Positions 13,886-21,118 are shown, counted from the first letter of the stretch. The stretch: DNA of 42,996 bases from a virus (IMGVR_UViG_3300029131_000011:1-42996), one strand, 5' to 3'. Notes: generated by a model from the letters alone, not told the origin. Numbers and translations: made by a program.

Positions 13886-14898
13886 TGAAAATACCAAAAG
13901 CAAAACTACTACCGTCTGGCAACTGGAATGTCAGCGTCATGGTAGACGGAAAGCGTGTGTCCGTCACAGCGCCTACCAAAAGGCAGGCGGAGAATGAAGC
14001 TGCCGCATTGAAGTCCGGCGCAAAGTCTGCCGCTCGTGCGTCTGAGCGAACGGTCGGCGACGCTATTGACCGATACATTGACAGCAAGGACGCGATACTC
14101 TCCCCCTCCACCGTCAACGGGTACAGAAAACTCCGCAAGGTGGTTTTTCCGGAGCTGATGAGCGTTAAGTGCTCTGCGTTGACGCAGGATCGCGTGCAGC
14201 GTGCCGTGAATAAGATGGCACGAGAAAAGTCCCCTAAGTACGTCCGCAACGCTTACGGCTTATTTACTGCGGCAATGTCGGAGGAATGCCCGGATAAAGT
14301 GTTCCGTGTATCTTTGCCGCAGAAGGAAGCGCCCAAAATCAAAATACCTACCATGGAAGAAATCAGAACCTTACACGAAGACTGCAAGGGCGCAGACTTT
14401 GAATTGCCTTTCCTGCTGGCCGTCTGGCTCGGCCTCCGTACATCGGAGATTAGAGGTCTAACATGGGATTGTCTTGACGGCGATATATTAACGATCAGGC
14501 AAGCAATGGTAGACGGTGAGGACGGTCCGCAGCTCAAGCAGCCAAAAACTTACAGCGGCAACAGAAAGCTGAAAGTGCCGCCGTATATTATGGGGCTGAT
14601 TGAAGCAACACCGCGCACAGATGAGTATATTGTCCATGCAACCAGAAATGTCCTGTATAAGCATCTGCAACGCGCGTGTGCCCGCTGTGGAGTTTCGCCG
14701 TTCCGCTTTCACGACCTCCGGCATGTAAATGCGTCGGTCATGCTCAGGCTCAATGTCCCAGACAAATATGCAATGGAGCGCATGGGGCACTCTACAAACA
14801 ACATGCTAAAAAACGTATATCAGCACACGATGAATGATAAAGCCGTAGCAGTGGCAGATGCCGTTGACGGCTTTTTTGAATCCGAATTTCATCTGTAA
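13885..14898 (+). CDS. int: Tyrosine recombinase (phage integrase)
   Basis: ATG 13885 follows GGAGGGGG. LAVWLGLRTSEIRGLTW (catalytic Arg), FRFHDLRHVNAS (HxxR), GHSTNNMLKNVYQH (catalytic Tyr). Confidence 0.9.
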   Translation: MKIPKAKLLPSGNWNVSVMVDGKRVSVTAPTKRQAENEAAALKSGAKSAARASERTVGDAIDRYIDSKDAILSPSTVNGYRKLRKVVFPELMSVKCSALTQDRVQRAVNKMAREKSPKYVRNAYGLFTAAMSEECPDKVFRVSLPQKEAPKIKIPTMEEIRTLHEDCKGADFELPFLLAVWLGLRTSEIRGLTWDCLDGDILTIRQAMVDGEDGPQLKQPKTYSGNRKLKVPPYIMGLIEATPRTDEYIVHATRNVLYKHLQRACARCGVSPFRFHDLRHVNASVMLRLNVPDKYAMERMGHSTNNMLKNVYQHTMNDKAVAVADAVDGFFESEFHL

Positions 14899-14920
14899 TT
14901 TCATCTGCAATTCATCTGCA
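14890..14920. repeat. attP arm-type repeats, left arm: catctgtaatt, catctgcaatt, catctgca
   Basis: The same 23-mer, catctgtaattYcatctgcaatt, recurs at 15118..15140 on the other side of the core. Confidence 0.6.
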
Positions 14921-15004
14921 AAAGCACTGTTTTAACGGAAGATAACTTGCAAATATCGCAAGTAATGTGCAAATATGAAAGCCCGAAAACCCTTGTAAAT
15001 ACAA

Positions 15005-15042
15005 GAAAAACCCCGCAGCCGTTGAGACTGCGAGGTTTTTTT
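15005..15042. terminator. Bidirectional rho-independent terminator between int and the cargo cassette
   Basis: aaaaaa-ccccgcag-ccgttgaga-ctgcgagg-ttttttt. 8-bp stem (U-G wobble on minus, C-A on plus) with A/T runs on both sides. Confidence 0.65.
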
Positions 15043-15044
15043 AA

Positions 15045-15072
15045 TGGTGGAGGCGGCGGGAGTCGAACCCGC
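15045..15072 (-). other. attP core: 28-nt copy of the 3' end (T-arm plus acceptor plus CCA) of a tmRNA/tRNA-like gene
   Basis: The reverse complement gcgggttcgactcccgccgcctccacca has the T-stem/loop GCGGG-TTCGACT-CCCGC and the 3' end ...CTCCACCA, which is typical of Ala-identity acceptors (tmRNA, tRNA-Ala). No matching 5' acceptor strand lies upstream, so it is a fragment. Confidence 0.7.
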
Positions 15073-15117
15073 AACTGAAACAGTAAAAGCATTGGTATTA
15101 CACGATTTTTTGACGCG

Positions 15118-15140
15118 CATCTGTAATTCCATCTGCAATT
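15118..15140. repeat. attP arm-type repeats, right arm: catctgtaatt, catctgcaatt
   Basis: Direct-orientation copy of the motif at 14890..14912. Confidence 0.6.
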
Positions 15141-15460
15141 TATTTTCCCAGTTTGCGCATGACGCTATTATAGACACGCTCGTTCACGATTTTCAAACTG
15201 TCCATCAGCTCGTCCATGATTTCCCACGCCTTGTCCGGTGGAACATCTGCCACTGCATGTAGAAAATCGCTGTCGCCGTATGTTTCGACGCTAACCGGCG
15301 CGGGCGCTGCAGAGTATGCCGTTGGCAAATCTCTCTCTCTACTGCCGCTTTGCTGGTCACGGATGGCATACAGCACGGCAAGGCGCTCATAGTTTGTCCA
15401 GCTTGATTCCTCTGTTTCAAGGCGAGCTATCCAGCGCTTGACCTCATTCTCGTCGACCAT
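15140..15460 (-). CDS. Cargo cassette protein E (106 aa), unknown
   Basis: SD AAGGGGGTGG. Contains YGDSDFLHAVADVPPDKAWEIMDELMDSLKIVNERVYNSVMRKL. Confidence 0.7.
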   Translation of the reverse strand: MVDENEVKRWIARLETEESSWTNYERLAVLYAIRDQQSGSRERDLPTAYSAAPAPVSVETYGDSDFLHAVADVPPDKAWEIMDELMDSLKIVNERVYNSVMRKLGK

Positions 15461-15475
15461 AGGGGGCCACCCCCT

Positions 15476-15829
15476 TTAGCCCTCAATCGTGTCCATGCAA
15501 CGTTGGATTGCTCTGCGGATGCTGTCATCGTCCGCATCGTCAAGCATCTCCTGCAACTGGCGCTTCATCTTGTCCATTGCCCCGTCACGGGAGTAATGTC
15601 CGCGGACGTAGTGCGTGTTGCGTCTGTTTCTGCCACGCATGTCGTACTCGTCGCGGCGGCTGGAATAGCCGTCCTCTTCAAGCGTTTCGATCTTGTCGAT
15701 ATTCTTGATGGTATCGGTCAACTTATGCACAATGTCAAGGTCGCCCGCGCCAAGCTCGCCCTTGCGGGTGATCTCTTCCAGCTCCTTGCAGAGCATATCG
15801 CGCAGGTCATACATAGATTTCATACCCAT
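15476..15829 (-). CDS. Cargo cassette protein D (117 aa), helical with an Arg/Tyr-rich basic segment, unknown
   Basis: SD AAGGAG. Contains RRDEYDMRGRNRRNTHYVRGHYSRDG. Confidence 0.7.
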   Translation of the reverse strand: MGMKSMYDLRDMLCKELEEITRKGELGAGDLDIVHKLTDTIKNIDKIETLEEDGYSSRRDEYDMRGRNRRNTHYVRGHYSRDGAMDKMKRQLQEMLDDADDDSIRRAIQRCMDTIEG

Positions 15830-15843
15830 TGTTCATTCTCCTT

Positions 15844-16266
15844 TCAACTTACGCGCTCGATGGTCAGGTTACTGTTGGCAAAGCTGACCGCCTCCGCGCT
15901 GGTGTTCTTCGCTGCCACCGTCACGCAGCAGCCGCGCGGCACTTCCACGATGGCGCTGACATAGACGTTAAAGTAGTTCTCCACCGCAGCGGGCGTGACG
16001 GTCGCCGTAGCTCCGTTGAGCGCTTCACCGTTGACAGCGAGCGCCGTTGTGATCGCGCCTACCGTTCCGCCCGTGGGGACGGCGATGTTTGCGCCAAAGC
16101 TCACCTTAAAGCGCGCCTTGCACTGCTGCGTCAATCCGCGCAGGGTGACAAGTCCGCTGCCCTCGCGGTGGACGATGCAGGGCTTGCCGCAAGCCGCCGT
16201 GGAGACCATCGGCACATTCTGCCCAGCAGGAACAGTAACAATGCCAGCGGTAACGTATTCAGCCAT
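15844..16266 (-). CDS. Cargo cassette protein C (140 aa), beta-rich, Cys-containing (possible jelly-roll/C1q-like fold), unknown
   Basis: ATG 16266 follows AGGAGG; the longer ORF-track start is rejected. Contains ACGKPC, QQCKARFKVSFGANIAVPTGGTVGAI and VPRGCCVTVAAKN. Confidence 0.7.
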   Translation of the reverse strand: MAEYVTAGIVTVPAGQNVPMVSTAACGKPCIVHREGSGLVTLRGLTQQCKARFKVSFGANIAVPTGGTVGAITTALAVNGEALNGATATVTPAAVENYFNVYVSAIVEVPRGCCVTVAAKNTSAEAVSFANSNLTIERVS

Positions 16267-16474
16267 TTTTCTTCTCCTCCTTTTTCCAAGTAGTTGCCGC
16301 AAAAGGGGGAATGAAGCCGGATGCAAGTACATCTGTATAGCTTGGCTTGAAAAGAGCATCCGCCTTATGCAGCAGATCGGCATAGTTTGTGAGTTCGAAC
16401 ATGCTCATTTCGGACTTATCCATAGCGGCAAGATGGTCTACAAATTCTTGTTTCAGCTCGTCAATCGTTTTCAT
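16259..16474 (-). CDS. Cargo cassette protein B (71 aa), unknown
   Basis: SD AAAGGA. 8-nt overlap with the downstream gene. Confidence 0.6.
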   Translation of the reverse strand: MKTIDELKQEFVDHLAAMDKSEMSMFELTNYADLLHKADALFKPSYTDVLASGFIPPFAATTWKKEEKKNG

Positions 16475-16577
16475 GAGTTCAGTCCTTTCTAAAGGGGTCG
16501 ATTTCGACCCGGTTAAAATGCAGCGGCAGGGCTATTGCCCCGCCGCGTTTGTCGTAGTATCGGCACGGGGCCGAACA

Positions 16578-16597
16578 TTTTGTTGACGTCAACAAAA
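16578..16597. repeat. Perfect 20-bp palindrome ttttgttgac|gtcaacaaaa in the 155-bp gap between cargo genes
   Basis: Read directly. Candidate operator. Confidence 0.6.
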
Positions 16598-16629
16598 CAT
16601 CGCCAACAAAAAGCTATGCTATGCAGTTG

Positions 16630-17400
16630 TCAGCAGCCGCAACCCTGATTGCAGCCGCAGCCGCAACCCCCGTACTGATAAGGTGCAGGAACCGCAAAAG
16701 AAGGAACGGGGCGCGGATTGTAATACGCGAACTGTGCGCTAACATAGTTGCGCATATCAAGCGTCTGAGCAGACTGAGAAGCCGCGAGGTCAGCAGCAAA
16801 AAGACGCTGGTTCTGTTCAGCAATCTTCGCGTCCTTCGCAGCCAGTTCCTGCGCGGTCAGACGCTGGTCGATGCTACGGAAGCCGCAATTCATCGCGTCG
16901 ATGATGTCGCGGGTATTGGTCTGGAGCTGATTGCGCGTGTCGCAGCCCTGCGACGCCATGTCATAGCGCACGCCCTCGATGCCGCGCTGGGTGTTGCAGC
17001 AACACTCAGCGGCCTGCATCTGCATGGCGTTGAGCTGCTGCATAAGCGCCGCCTGCTGGTTGCTGCGGGAAAGCTCGGCATTGCCGAAGCCGGTGTTGAT
17101 GGCCTGTGTGGTCGTAGCAAAGCCGCCAGTAATGGCATTGTTCAACGCAAAGGTGGAATCGCAAATGCCATTTGCAATACTGTCGAGCTTGCGCTCAACG
17201 CTCGCAAAGTCAGATGTCAGAACGTAGCCGTCCATCACACCGCCGCCGTTACCGTTGCCAAATCCGTTGCGGCCCCAGCCGAAGAGGAAAAGAACGATAA
17301 TCCAGATCCAGCTGTCGCCCCACATACCCATACCGCCGCCGTAATTGTTCGCGGGGGTGACCGGCATAGTCATCATGGGAGTACCATCAGAAAGAGACAT
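16630..17400 (-). CDS. Cargo cassette protein A (256 aa): Gly-rich N-terminus plus TM, Q/N/A-rich helical core with a CCC motif, C-terminal GCGCGC tail, unknown
   Basis: SD AAAGGAGAG. NNYGGGMGMWGDSWIWIIVLFLFGWGRNGFGNGNGGG ... AAECCCNTQ ... YQYGGCGCGCNQGCGC. Confidence 0.75.
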   Translation of the reverse strand: MSLSDGTPMMTMPVTPANNYGGGMGMWGDSWIWIIVLFLFGWGRNGFGNGNGGGVMDGYVLTSDFASVERKLDSIANGICDSTFALNNAITGGFATTTQAINTGFGNAELSRSNQQAALMQQLNAMQMQAAECCCNTQRGIEGVRYDMASQGCDTRNQLQTNTRDIIDAMNCGFRSIDQRLTAQELAAKDAKIAEQNQRLFAADLAASQSAQTLDMRNYVSAQFAYYNPRPVPSFAVPAPYQYGGCGCGCNQGCGC

Positions 17401-17452
17401 GTTATCTCTCCTTTCAATAAGTTTTTATTTACAACTTTCTGGCCAGAAAATG

Positions 17453-17481
17453 TTGTATCAATGTTGAAAATATGGTATAAT
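17453..17481 (+). promoter_or_regulatory. Strong sigma-A-type promoter: TTGTAT, 17 nt, TGgTATAAT (perfect extended -10)
   Basis: Read directly. Followed by a 93-nt leader containing a hairpin at 17488..17538 (gcacgga/tccgtgc plus taggg/tccta). Confidence 0.65.
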
Positions 17482-17574
17482 TGATATGCACGGATAGGGT
17501 AGCTCCCGACAAGCCGAAAGTCCTATCGGTTTCCGTGCAATACAAAATTTAGGACTGCACGAAAGGACAGTGCT

Positions 17575-18420
17575 ATGCCGTACAGAGACAAAGGTTTTTA
17601 CGCTCAAAAACACCAACAACTAATCGGTCAAAAATTTAACCGCTTAACTATCCTTGATATTTGGATTGATAAGGTAAAAGGTTACTATGTGTGCAAATGC
17701 AAGTGTGAATGCGGAAGCGAAACTGTAACCCGACTATCTCCCGTAAAAAACGGGGGAATAAAATCTTGCGGATGCATTCGGTACAAATACAGGAAAGCGC
17801 CTATAATGGGCTGCAAATTGTATACAGGTCGTTCAAAGCATCCCCTTTACAACACTTGGAACAACATGCTTGGGCGATGTGAAAACCCAAATGATGAAAT
17901 GTTCAAGAATTATGGTGGCAGGGGCATTTCCGTTTGCAACCAGTGGCATGATTTTGATAAATTTATAGAATGGTCAGATTCAGTTGGTGGTCGTCCTGAT
18001 GGATGCTCTATTGACCGAATTGATGTAAACGGAAACTATTGCCCTGAAAATTGCAGATGGGCTACCAATGAAATTCAGCAAAACAACAAAACTACAAGCC
18101 AGTATCTAACATACAAAGGCGAAACAAAAACGCTTGCTGAATGGTGCCGAAAACTCGGGTTGAGCCGATATTCCGTTCAATATCGCTTTATGCAAGGCTG
18201 GTCGGCTGAAGATATATTAGAAATCCCGTTAAACCATCGGAAAGACGAATACCGAAGAAAAATTTTGCAGAGAACAAAAGACGGGATCATTGTTGCAACA
18301 TATAATGGCCTTTCGGATTTGCCAGAAGAATATAAAATGACATCAGTATCTTCGGCTTGTAACGGTCATTATAAGCGGGATACTTACAAAGGTTATATTT
18401 GGGAGTATGCAGAGGGCTAA
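17575..18420 (+). CDS. HNH/AP2-like homing-endonuclease-like DNA-binding protein (free-standing, AT-rich)
   Basis: GQKFNRLTIL...YVCKCKCECGSETV....GGIKSCGC; HPLYNTWNNMLGRCENP....KNYGGRGISVCNQW..F..F..W; SIDRIDVNGNYCPENCRWAT..QQNN; C-terminal ...YKGYIWEY. Patterns common to phage HNH/NUMOD-type proteins. Confidence 0.6.
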   Translation: MPYRDKGFYAQKHQQLIGQKFNRLTILDIWIDKVKGYYVCKCKCECGSETVTRLSPVKNGGIKSCGCIRYKYRKAPIMGCKLYTGRSKHPLYNTWNNMLGRCENPNDEMFKNYGGRGISVCNQWHDFDKFIEWSDSVGGRPDGCSIDRIDVNGNYCPENCRWATNEIQQNNKTTSQYLTYKGETKTLAEWCRKLGLSRYSVQYRFMQGWSAEDILEIPLNHRKDEYRRKILQRTKDGIIVATYNGLSDLPEEYKMTSVSSACNGHYKRDTYKGYIWEYAEG

Positions 18421-18437
18421 ATGCCCTCTGCTTTTTT
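18409..18437 (+). terminator. Rho-independent terminator of the HNH-like gene (gcagagggc-taaat-gccctctgc-tttttt)
   Basis: 9-bp perfect stem with the stop codon in the loop, followed by a T6 run. Confidence 0.75.
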
Positions 18438-18654
18438 AGCGGAACAAATGCTCGAACTGCTTTGCCATCGTTTGCAGTTGGTTTAACTCCTGCTGGCTCA
18501 TAGCGCCAGATTGCAGGAGCTTATTGACTTCTTCTTTCGGGTTCCCCTGAAAGCCGCTTTGGAACTGTTGGAATTTCTGCTTGAGCTGCATCAGCTCACC
18601 CATCGCCCCCGGCATCTGCCCGCCGCCCAGCGCGGCCATGAACGGATTAGTCAT
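18436..18654 (-). CDS. Hypothetical Q-rich small protein (72 aa)
   Basis: ATG 18654 overlaps the upstream stop by 8 nt. MTNPFMAALGGGQMPGAMGELMQLKQKFQQFQ... Confidence 0.55.
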   Translation of the reverse strand: MTNPFMAALGGGQMPGAMGELMQLKQKFQQFQSGFQGNPKEEVNKLLQSGAMSQQELNQLQTMAKQFEHLFR

Positions 18655-19084
18655 CGTCCTCGTCCTCCTCAACCTTGCGCTTCTTCTTGCCCTTTAATTC
18701 GCCCACAAGCGCCGCCAGCGCGTCAAACTCTTTGCGGGTGACAAATTCCGCACCCTTTTCCTGCGGAGCTGTGCGGGGCGTTTCCGTGCGCTCTACGAGG
18801 TCATAAATCTTTAGCGTCGGTTTCCCGCTTGCATCCGCCTGCTTGAGATACACAGTCGGCGCGGTAGAATCCCACAGTGCTACGGCAGAGTTGGGCGCGA
18901 TGAGATATCCTCTTGCCTCCTGCTCGCCGCTTACCCACTGCACGCCGCCCTGCGCGATGGGGTTCTGTTGCACTGGCTGCGACATAGGCTGCTGCATGGG
19001 CTGCATCTGCTGCATCTGCCGCATCTGCATGAGATTGTCCGGCATTGGCTGCGGATAATAGGGATTGAAATAGGGATATGCCAT
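18647..19084 (-). CDS. Hypothetical protein with a P/Q/M-rich N-terminus, a conserved core and an acidic tail
   Basis: ATG 19084 lies 7 nt after GGAGGA. YPYFNPYYPQPMPDNLMQMRQMQQMQPMQQP...GGVQWVSGEQEARGYLIAPNSAVALWDS...KKKRKVEEDEDDD. Confidence 0.65.
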   Translation of the reverse strand: MAYPYFNPYYPQPMPDNLMQMRQMQQMQPMQQPMSQPVQQNPIAQGGVQWVSGEQEARGYLIAPNSAVALWDSTAPTVYLKQADASGKPTLKIYDLVERTETPRTAPQEKGAEFVTRKEFDALAALVGELKGKKKRKVEEDEDDD

Positions 19085-19086
19085 GT

Positions 19087-19470
19087 TCATTCCTCCGTTT
19101 CTTTTACCCAGTAATAAAGCGGGATCTCATTCTCGCTGTTCCAACTGTCATAGATTGTCCCGTCCTGAACGCACACCACATGACCGGAGAGGGCGAGAAT
19201 ATACGTCCCGCGCGGGTGCTCATCGGCAAACCTTCCGACTGTGTAGCAGTCGGGGCAGGTGTCCGGTATGATATAGCGCCGATAGCCCAAAGACCGCAGA
19301 TACGCGCCCCAACAGGCATTTGCATTGGGTAAGTCGCCGTCAAGGTAGCCCTGTATGCAGAGGGACAAATACACCTCGCCCCAGTCCTTCCCCGTCGCCT
19401 TGCAGATCGCACGCACGGTGCAATCGGACACATTACGCCCAGTGGGATTTGGATTGAAATAGCTATACAT
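19087..19470 (-). CDS. Hypothetical protein with a conserved Cys...His pattern (possible papain-like fold)
   Basis: NVSDCTVRAICKATGKDWGEVY ... GTYILALSGHVVCVQDGTIYDSWNS. Function not recognised. Confidence 0.65.
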   Translation of the reverse strand: MYSYFNPNPTGRNVSDCTVRAICKATGKDWGEVYLSLCIQGYLDGDLPNANACWGAYLRSLGYRRYIIPDTCPDCYTVGRFADEHPRGTYILALSGHVVCVQDGTIYDSWNSENEIPLYYWVKETEE

Positions 19471-19585
19471 GGAATAGCTCCGCGAAATAGACGTAAGTGC
19501 GCAGCTCGTCAGGGTCGGGGAACAGCGTCAAAATGTCCATTGCCATCTGCTCAGTAAAGCCCAAAGCTAAAAGTCGGTCGTACAT
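19463..19585 (-). CDS. Small ORF (40 aa, below the ORF-track cutoff)
   Basis: ATG 19585 follows AAAGGAGGTG. MYDRLLALGFTEQMAMDILTLFPDPDELRTYVYFAELFHV. Overlaps the next start. Confidence 0.5.
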   Translation of the reverse strand: MYDRLLALGFTEQMAMDILTLFPDPDELRTYVYFAELFHV

Positions 19586-19615
19586 CGCCGCACCTCCTTT
19601 GTTGTTTATATGGTA

Positions 19616-19644
19616 CAAAAAAACGGGCGCTCAAAAGCGCCCGT
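19616..19644 (-). terminator. Rho-independent terminator (acgggcgc-ttttga-gcgcccgt-ttttttt on the minus strand)
   Basis: 8-bp GC stem plus a T7 run, read on the minus strand. Confidence 0.75.
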
Positions 19645-19753
19645 AAAGTGTATGAAAAGTGCGTCGAAAACCGTCGAACGATTCTGCTTGCCTTTCCACA
19701 TGAAACATGATATTTTAATTTTGCAGGTTCTTCCCGGCCCGCTTTTTACACAA

Positions 19754-19789
19754 AAGAAATTGCCTCACCATTTGGTGGGGCAATTTCTT
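19754..19789. terminator. 16-bp hairpin (aagaaattgcctcacc/ggtggggcaatttctt) with U-rich flanks on both strands, covering the stop codon of 19765..20025
   Basis: Read directly. T6 run on plus, uuucuuuugugu on minus. Confidence 0.55.
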
Positions 19790-20025
19790 TTTTCGTGTTG
19801 GTCTGATGAAATTTTGTGGTACGCCCGTTGCCGGTATTTTTTAACCGCGTCAACGGACAGGTTGTGCTCCATTGCGACCTGTACGCAGCTTTTCCGCCGC
19901 ACATCGCGCTCGATGATGCACGCCGCCTCTTCAGGCGGCAATTCGAGGGATAAGATATATTCGACGGCTCGCGGGGGGGCCATCGCGGATAACTCCGCCC
20001 GGATACGCTTGTGCTGACTGTTCAT
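19765..20025 (-). CDS. Sigma-70 region-4/LuxR-like HTH protein (86 aa)
   Basis: LELPPEEAACIIERDVRRKSCVQVAMEHNLSVDAVKKYRQRAYHKI is a region-4-like HTH. Confidence 0.55.
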   Translation of the reverse strand: MNSQHKRIRAELSAMAPPRAVEYILSLELPPEEAACIIERDVRRKSCVQVAMEHNLSVDAVKKYRQRAYHKISSDQHEKRNCPTKW

Positions 20026-20109
20026 GCCCCGTGTGGGACGTTGCAGAGCGCTTGCGCGTGGCTTTCGCCGTCCGTGCTCCTTCCTTATTTTTTCGCCCGC
20101 TCCAACAAA

Positions 20110-20685
20110 TTACTTCATTACGGCGAGTTTTCTAATGAGGTCATCCCCATACTTGTACGCCGCGAGATAGTCCATCGTCTTGTCCTCAAGCCCCGCGCGC
20201 TTTTTGAGCACCTCGCGGTAACTTGCCTCATACTTCGGGCGGTATGCGCCCAGCACAAGCGACAGCTTGCGCTTTCGGCAATATACCCCGTCGCCGTTGC
20301 TCTGGCTGCCGGTGTTGCCGTTGGAGGTATTGCCTTCGATGGCGGTCACATACTGCCCGCTGACGCTTTCGCAGATGCCCGTGTGGTCGGTCTTGACCTT
20401 CGTGTTGGGAAAGTCATAGATGAGCACGTCGCCCGGCTGATAGCCGGACGTGACCCACTGCCCGTGAGCCTTGGCGTAGTTCATCAGCTCGCCGCAGCTT
20501 GCGGTCTTTCCACCGCCGTAGAAGAGGGACTTATCCACCTGCTGAAAGCACCACCACACAAACTGCATGCACCAGTACACGCCGTCCACGCCGTAGGCCT
20601 TGCCATACTTCTGGCGGTTGCCCGGCTGCTCCACCGTGCCGATCTCCTTGCGCGCGATGGCAAGGATGTCTTCTGCTCTCGCCAT
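20110..20685 (-). CDS. CHAP-domain endolysin
   Basis: NRQKYGKAYGVDGVYWCMQFVWW (catalytic Cys), GDVLIYDF....DHTGI (His), IEGNTS. Follows the holins. Confidence 0.85.
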   Translation of the reverse strand: MARAEDILAIARKEIGTVEQPGNRQKYGKAYGVDGVYWCMQFVWWCFQQVDKSLFYGGGKTASCGELMNYAKAHGQWVTSGYQPGDVLIYDFPNTKVKTDHTGICESVSGQYVTAIEGNTSNGNTGSQSNGDGVYCRKRKLSLVLGAYRPKYEASYREVLKKRAGLEDKTMDYLAAYKYGDDLIRKLAVMK

Positions 20686-20687
20686 GT

Positions 20688-20897
20688 TTACGCCCCCTTG
20701 TCGATGGCGTCCTGATTTTTCTGCGACTGAGTCCCGAAATAGAATGCGATGATAGAGCTATAGATTAGCATAAGCTGCTCGCCCGTGATCTTGCCAACGA
20801 CAAAGCCGTAGATCACCGCGCCGGTTGCGGCGATCGTCACAATGCTCTTCACGCTGCACAGGTTCGCCAGTCTCTTTTTCAGCAAATCGTTATTCAT
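20688..20897 (-). CDS. Holin-like membrane protein (69 aa)
   Basis: ATG 20897 in an ATGA overlap. Two hydrophobic segments (IVTIAATGAVIYGFVVG, LMLIYSSIIAFYFG). Confidence 0.6.
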   Translation of the reverse strand: MNNDLLKKRLANLCSVKSIVTIAATGAVIYGFVVGKITGEQLMLIYSSIIAFYFGTQSQKNQDAIDKGA

Positions 20898-21118
20898 AGT
20901 GTTGTGTCGTCCTTTCTGAAAATCTTGATGCCTGCCACAACGACAAGCTCTGTTGTCCATGCCTTAAACCAGCGTTCCGTCAGCACGTCGGGCGGCGGCA
21001 CGCCGAGCGCCGCCATGGTGAGCGAGGCGACGGTGTACCACGTCAGGCTGAAAATGGCGATGGATATGTACTTGTCCCGCTTTTTCATCTTGCCCCAGTG
21101 CTCTTTCAGCTTTTTCAT
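20894..21118 (-). CDS. Holin-like membrane protein (74 aa)
   Basis: ATG 21118 in an ATGA overlap with the 38-aa ORF. ISIAIFSLTWYTVASLTMAAL and TTELVVVAGIKIF. Confidence 0.55.
   Translation of the reverse strand: MKKLKEHWGKMKKRDKYISIAIFSLTWYTVASLTMAALGVPPPDVLTERWFKAWTTELVVVAGIKIFRKDDTTL

Noticed and set aside
15045-15072. Possible functional tRNA/tmRNA gene next to the integrase
   Set aside because: Only the 3' 28 nt (T-arm, acceptor 3' strand, CCA) are present. The upstream sequence has no complementary 5' acceptor strand, D arm or anticodon arm. It is interpreted as the attP core instead.
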